Below, in pieces: positions 39,440-41,863 of a stretch of DNA of 41,863 nucleotides. The stretch is from the NCBI GenBank assembly GCA_010093745.1, contig MU006041.1, forward strand, positions 3,854-45,716. Reading direction: 5' to 3'. This DNA is from Piedraia hortae CBS 480.64. Lineage: Eukaryota. The stretch's first letter is position 1; each line of letters opens with the position of its first letter. The position numbers and the translations under genes were made by a program. The notes under the pieces were generated by a model. The model did no database searches, was not told the origin of the DNA, and saw only the letters and a program-made list of their open reading frames with translations.

Positions 39440-41863
39440 TAGTTGGGTACCGGTCCTTGACTGGGTACTATCTGATCATTGCCGGCCTAAACCATGTTGA
39501 GCGAAATGGACGTGCTAATGTTTGTCCCCTAACGTTGGGTCCGCACGCATCAAATTTCTCCGAGGTCATAGATGCTCTCTACCATCCAATGCATAAGTTC
39601 AAGGAAGATGGGCATTTGATGATTCGCGGCAAGGACACGGTGGTTTTCGCTTTTGCCTTTGCGTTCTTGGGCGACATGCCCCAACAACAGAAGAACGTTG
39701 GTATGTTGTTTTAGCGTGCTAGATTTGGTTGAAAAAACTGCATTGCACAGCAAAAAAATCGTGGCAATTCGAAATTCAACATTCTCCGATTGAACCGATA
39801 CCATTGCACGAACATGGCCACGCGTGCCCACATGAACAGCTTGTCCTCTGCCGCAGCACGAGAAAGAAATGCTACCGCTACTAGCCTTGACCCGACGCGG
39901 AAATACGGCCCCTTCGGCGACTTGCTCCGGCATTGGATATCATTCTTTTCCGGCCCGCCGATCCTGCGCATTCGGAGTTCAACCACATCACGAAGCTCCT
40001 GCACCAGCAGCTATTGAACCAGATTCTGAAACCAACGCCAGTGATAGAGTACGCTTGGGCCATGAGAAAATTCTAGGCACCGCCGGCGTGGCTACGCCTG
40101 AAGAACCCAAAGCGCTGCGCCGAAGGCTATACTCTCTCAGAAAGCGGGCTCTGGTCAATCATCGCGCCCGTCCTCCTCCGTGGTTGACTTCGAGATGCAC
40201 ACATGAAGCCGCTCTTCCGAAATGCTGTTCGCCAACAATTTGTCGCAGAAATGGCCGCGACTGAGTCGCAACTGGGCCTGAATGCAGGCACATCCACATC
40301 CGCGCAGATGATCACCATGATCTTTTTTCTGTCACGCAGAACAACTCAATGCTGATGTCGAACGGGTTTCTATCTCCTGACAAGCGACAGTCCTTCCCGT
40401 ATAATCTTGAGCAGAGCAGACATCTGTTCCACATTTTGAACGAGGCTGCTGCGATAGCTTCGATCAACAATCCCATATCTCGCGCCGCGATGCCCCGACC
40501 CACCGAGAGGTCTGGTCTTTCAAGGCGTGGATCGCCCCTCCGTGGCCGCCCCAGGAGTCATAATGTGGACATCAAACTCGTCCGGGCAACGAAACAGTTC
40601 ATCAAGCTTAGCCAGGGCCAGGAGCATCCGAATGTGCTCGTAGGCCTCCACTTCTTTGAGCAGACAGAGGGGTGCGGGTTGTCTGCCAATCGCATTGTGC
40701 TAGGCAGGGAGGTCATGCATAGGTAAGCAGTGCAAAGTTTTAGCCCTGTTCCTTGGCTGACCAATTTTTAAGGACCTTCAAAAGCTTCATATATGGCACG
40801 AACCTCTACAACCCAGAACGTGACCTCTTGAGGAAGCTAGATGTGCTGATGACTCTCCATTTTGGGCTCGAGAACCCATTACGCACCACGTACCCGGAGT
40901 TCTCAAGCCAAGTATGTCTTGCATATCATACGATCGCATGCCGGGAGTACTTTGCAAGGTCCAGCCCCCATCTAGAACAAATCATTGACGATTAAATCGA
41001 CGCAGCAATGGTCAATTACATCGCTTCGGTCTATTTTCAACTTACATCGCTACAGAAACTGTCAGGCTGCAGATGCACATTGAACTGAAAAGTGTCTTCT
41101 CTGATCCAACGAGCTGTGGGACAGCAACTCATGGCTGTCTTCAATTCGCATCTCGTCGGGCCATTATGCGCACTACTCTGGGACACATGTCTTTGGCCGC
41201 TCTCAAGCAAGCCAGTCCATACGCCGAATCGCAGAAGTGAACGGCGCGCCCTCTACTGTCGCGAAGATCATCAAGAAATACGAGAATGCCGGGTCTCTTG
41301 AGGACAATCCAAAAGCCAGCATGCCGCCAGCGAGCTCGGATCGCGATAGAAGAGCCGTTTTCTTCTGGGGGCTTCACTGCAGGCTTACTGGCAGTGTGGG
41401 GGGATGACCTCCCTGGAATGTGTGTACGTCTTAAGACGGTTCTTGCACAGTTCATGGAGTACTGGTTACTTCTCAGCCCGCAATGTGCAGGTGGCAGGCA
41501 CACTGCGGGCGGCACGTTTCTGGGCCTCGGAAATAAGCAAGCGTGGTCAAGTCCATATTCGCGATGTATTACATTGCTGCGTCGCTGGCTGCAACAGACG
41601 AAGTCTAGTGCTCGTGTATTCTTCGAAAGATGCCATGGAACAGCAAAGGGTTCAAGTCAAATGCTGTTGCGCTGGCTTGGTCGTGTTGATCGCGAATCTC
41701 CGCATAATTTGCATTCAAGATACCAAGTCAGCCAAGCACTCTTCAATTGTATTCCACCATTGGAAAGGGTTTATTATCTTCTTCTGCAGCCGGGATGACA
41801 ACGTCGATTACGGGTCAACCCCCAATGTCCACACTGTGAAAAGCCCTAAAGAGGAATAACGCA
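39440..41863 (+). pseudogene. Decayed CMC (CACTA/EnSpm-Mirage-Chapaev or Plavaka-like) DDE transposase; N-terminally truncated, may extend past the window
   Basis: Ordered motifs across stops and frameshifts: NVCPLTLGPH..FLGDMPQQ..G*KNC (CxxC), DPAHSE (39960), HPNVLVGLH..REVMHR. Intron 40723-40772 (GTAAGC..GCTGAC..AAG) continues in frame as TFKSFIYGTN. The order fits the CMC D-CxxC-DxxH-H..H-E signature. Confidence 0.6.

Noticed and set aside
1..41863. tRNA, rRNA or CRISPR arrays
   Set aside because: No cloverleaf/T-loop context, rRNA-like sequence or repeat-spacer array was seen by eye; tRNAscan-SE and cmscan would be needed to exclude them formally.

Overview
This is eukaryotic, filamentous-ascomycete (Pezizomycotina-type) genomic DNA from an unusually compact, intron-poor genome. 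About 22 host protein-coding genes lie in 1-35.5 kb: RasGAP C-terminus, TAF8, SOM1, an XRCC2-like Rad51 paralog, OPY2, a serine racemase/dehydratase, a DMAC1/DUF4536-like gene, U1-C, NADP-IDH, DUF3602, ARP1, OSH3, SSL2/XPB, a Tyr/Ser phosphatase, ATP16, a cytochrome b561-like protein, two secreted/GPI proteins, a SIRT4-like sirtuin, a Cys-rich protein, an MFS transporter and a conserved hypothetical. Only seven short host introns (43-64 nt) were found. The last ~6 kb holds decayed transposons: a Ty1/copia gag-integrase relic abutting a CMC/CACTA-like transposase relic. The most notable structure is not shown by the ORF track. A young copia LTR element (124-bp LTR, CATTC target-site duplication, half-tRNAiMet-type PBS, interior collapsed in an N gap) sits antisense in the single intron of the DMAC1-like gene, exactly between the branch point and the 3' splice site. 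Its LTR supplies both a possible replacement branch point and cryptic acceptors. Other oddities are SOM1 and XRCC2-like start codons only 12 bp apart, a CAGTAG acceptor in ATP16 that would create a stop, and a 1-nt frameshift near the end of the MFS gene. All family assignments come from motif recognition, not database searches.
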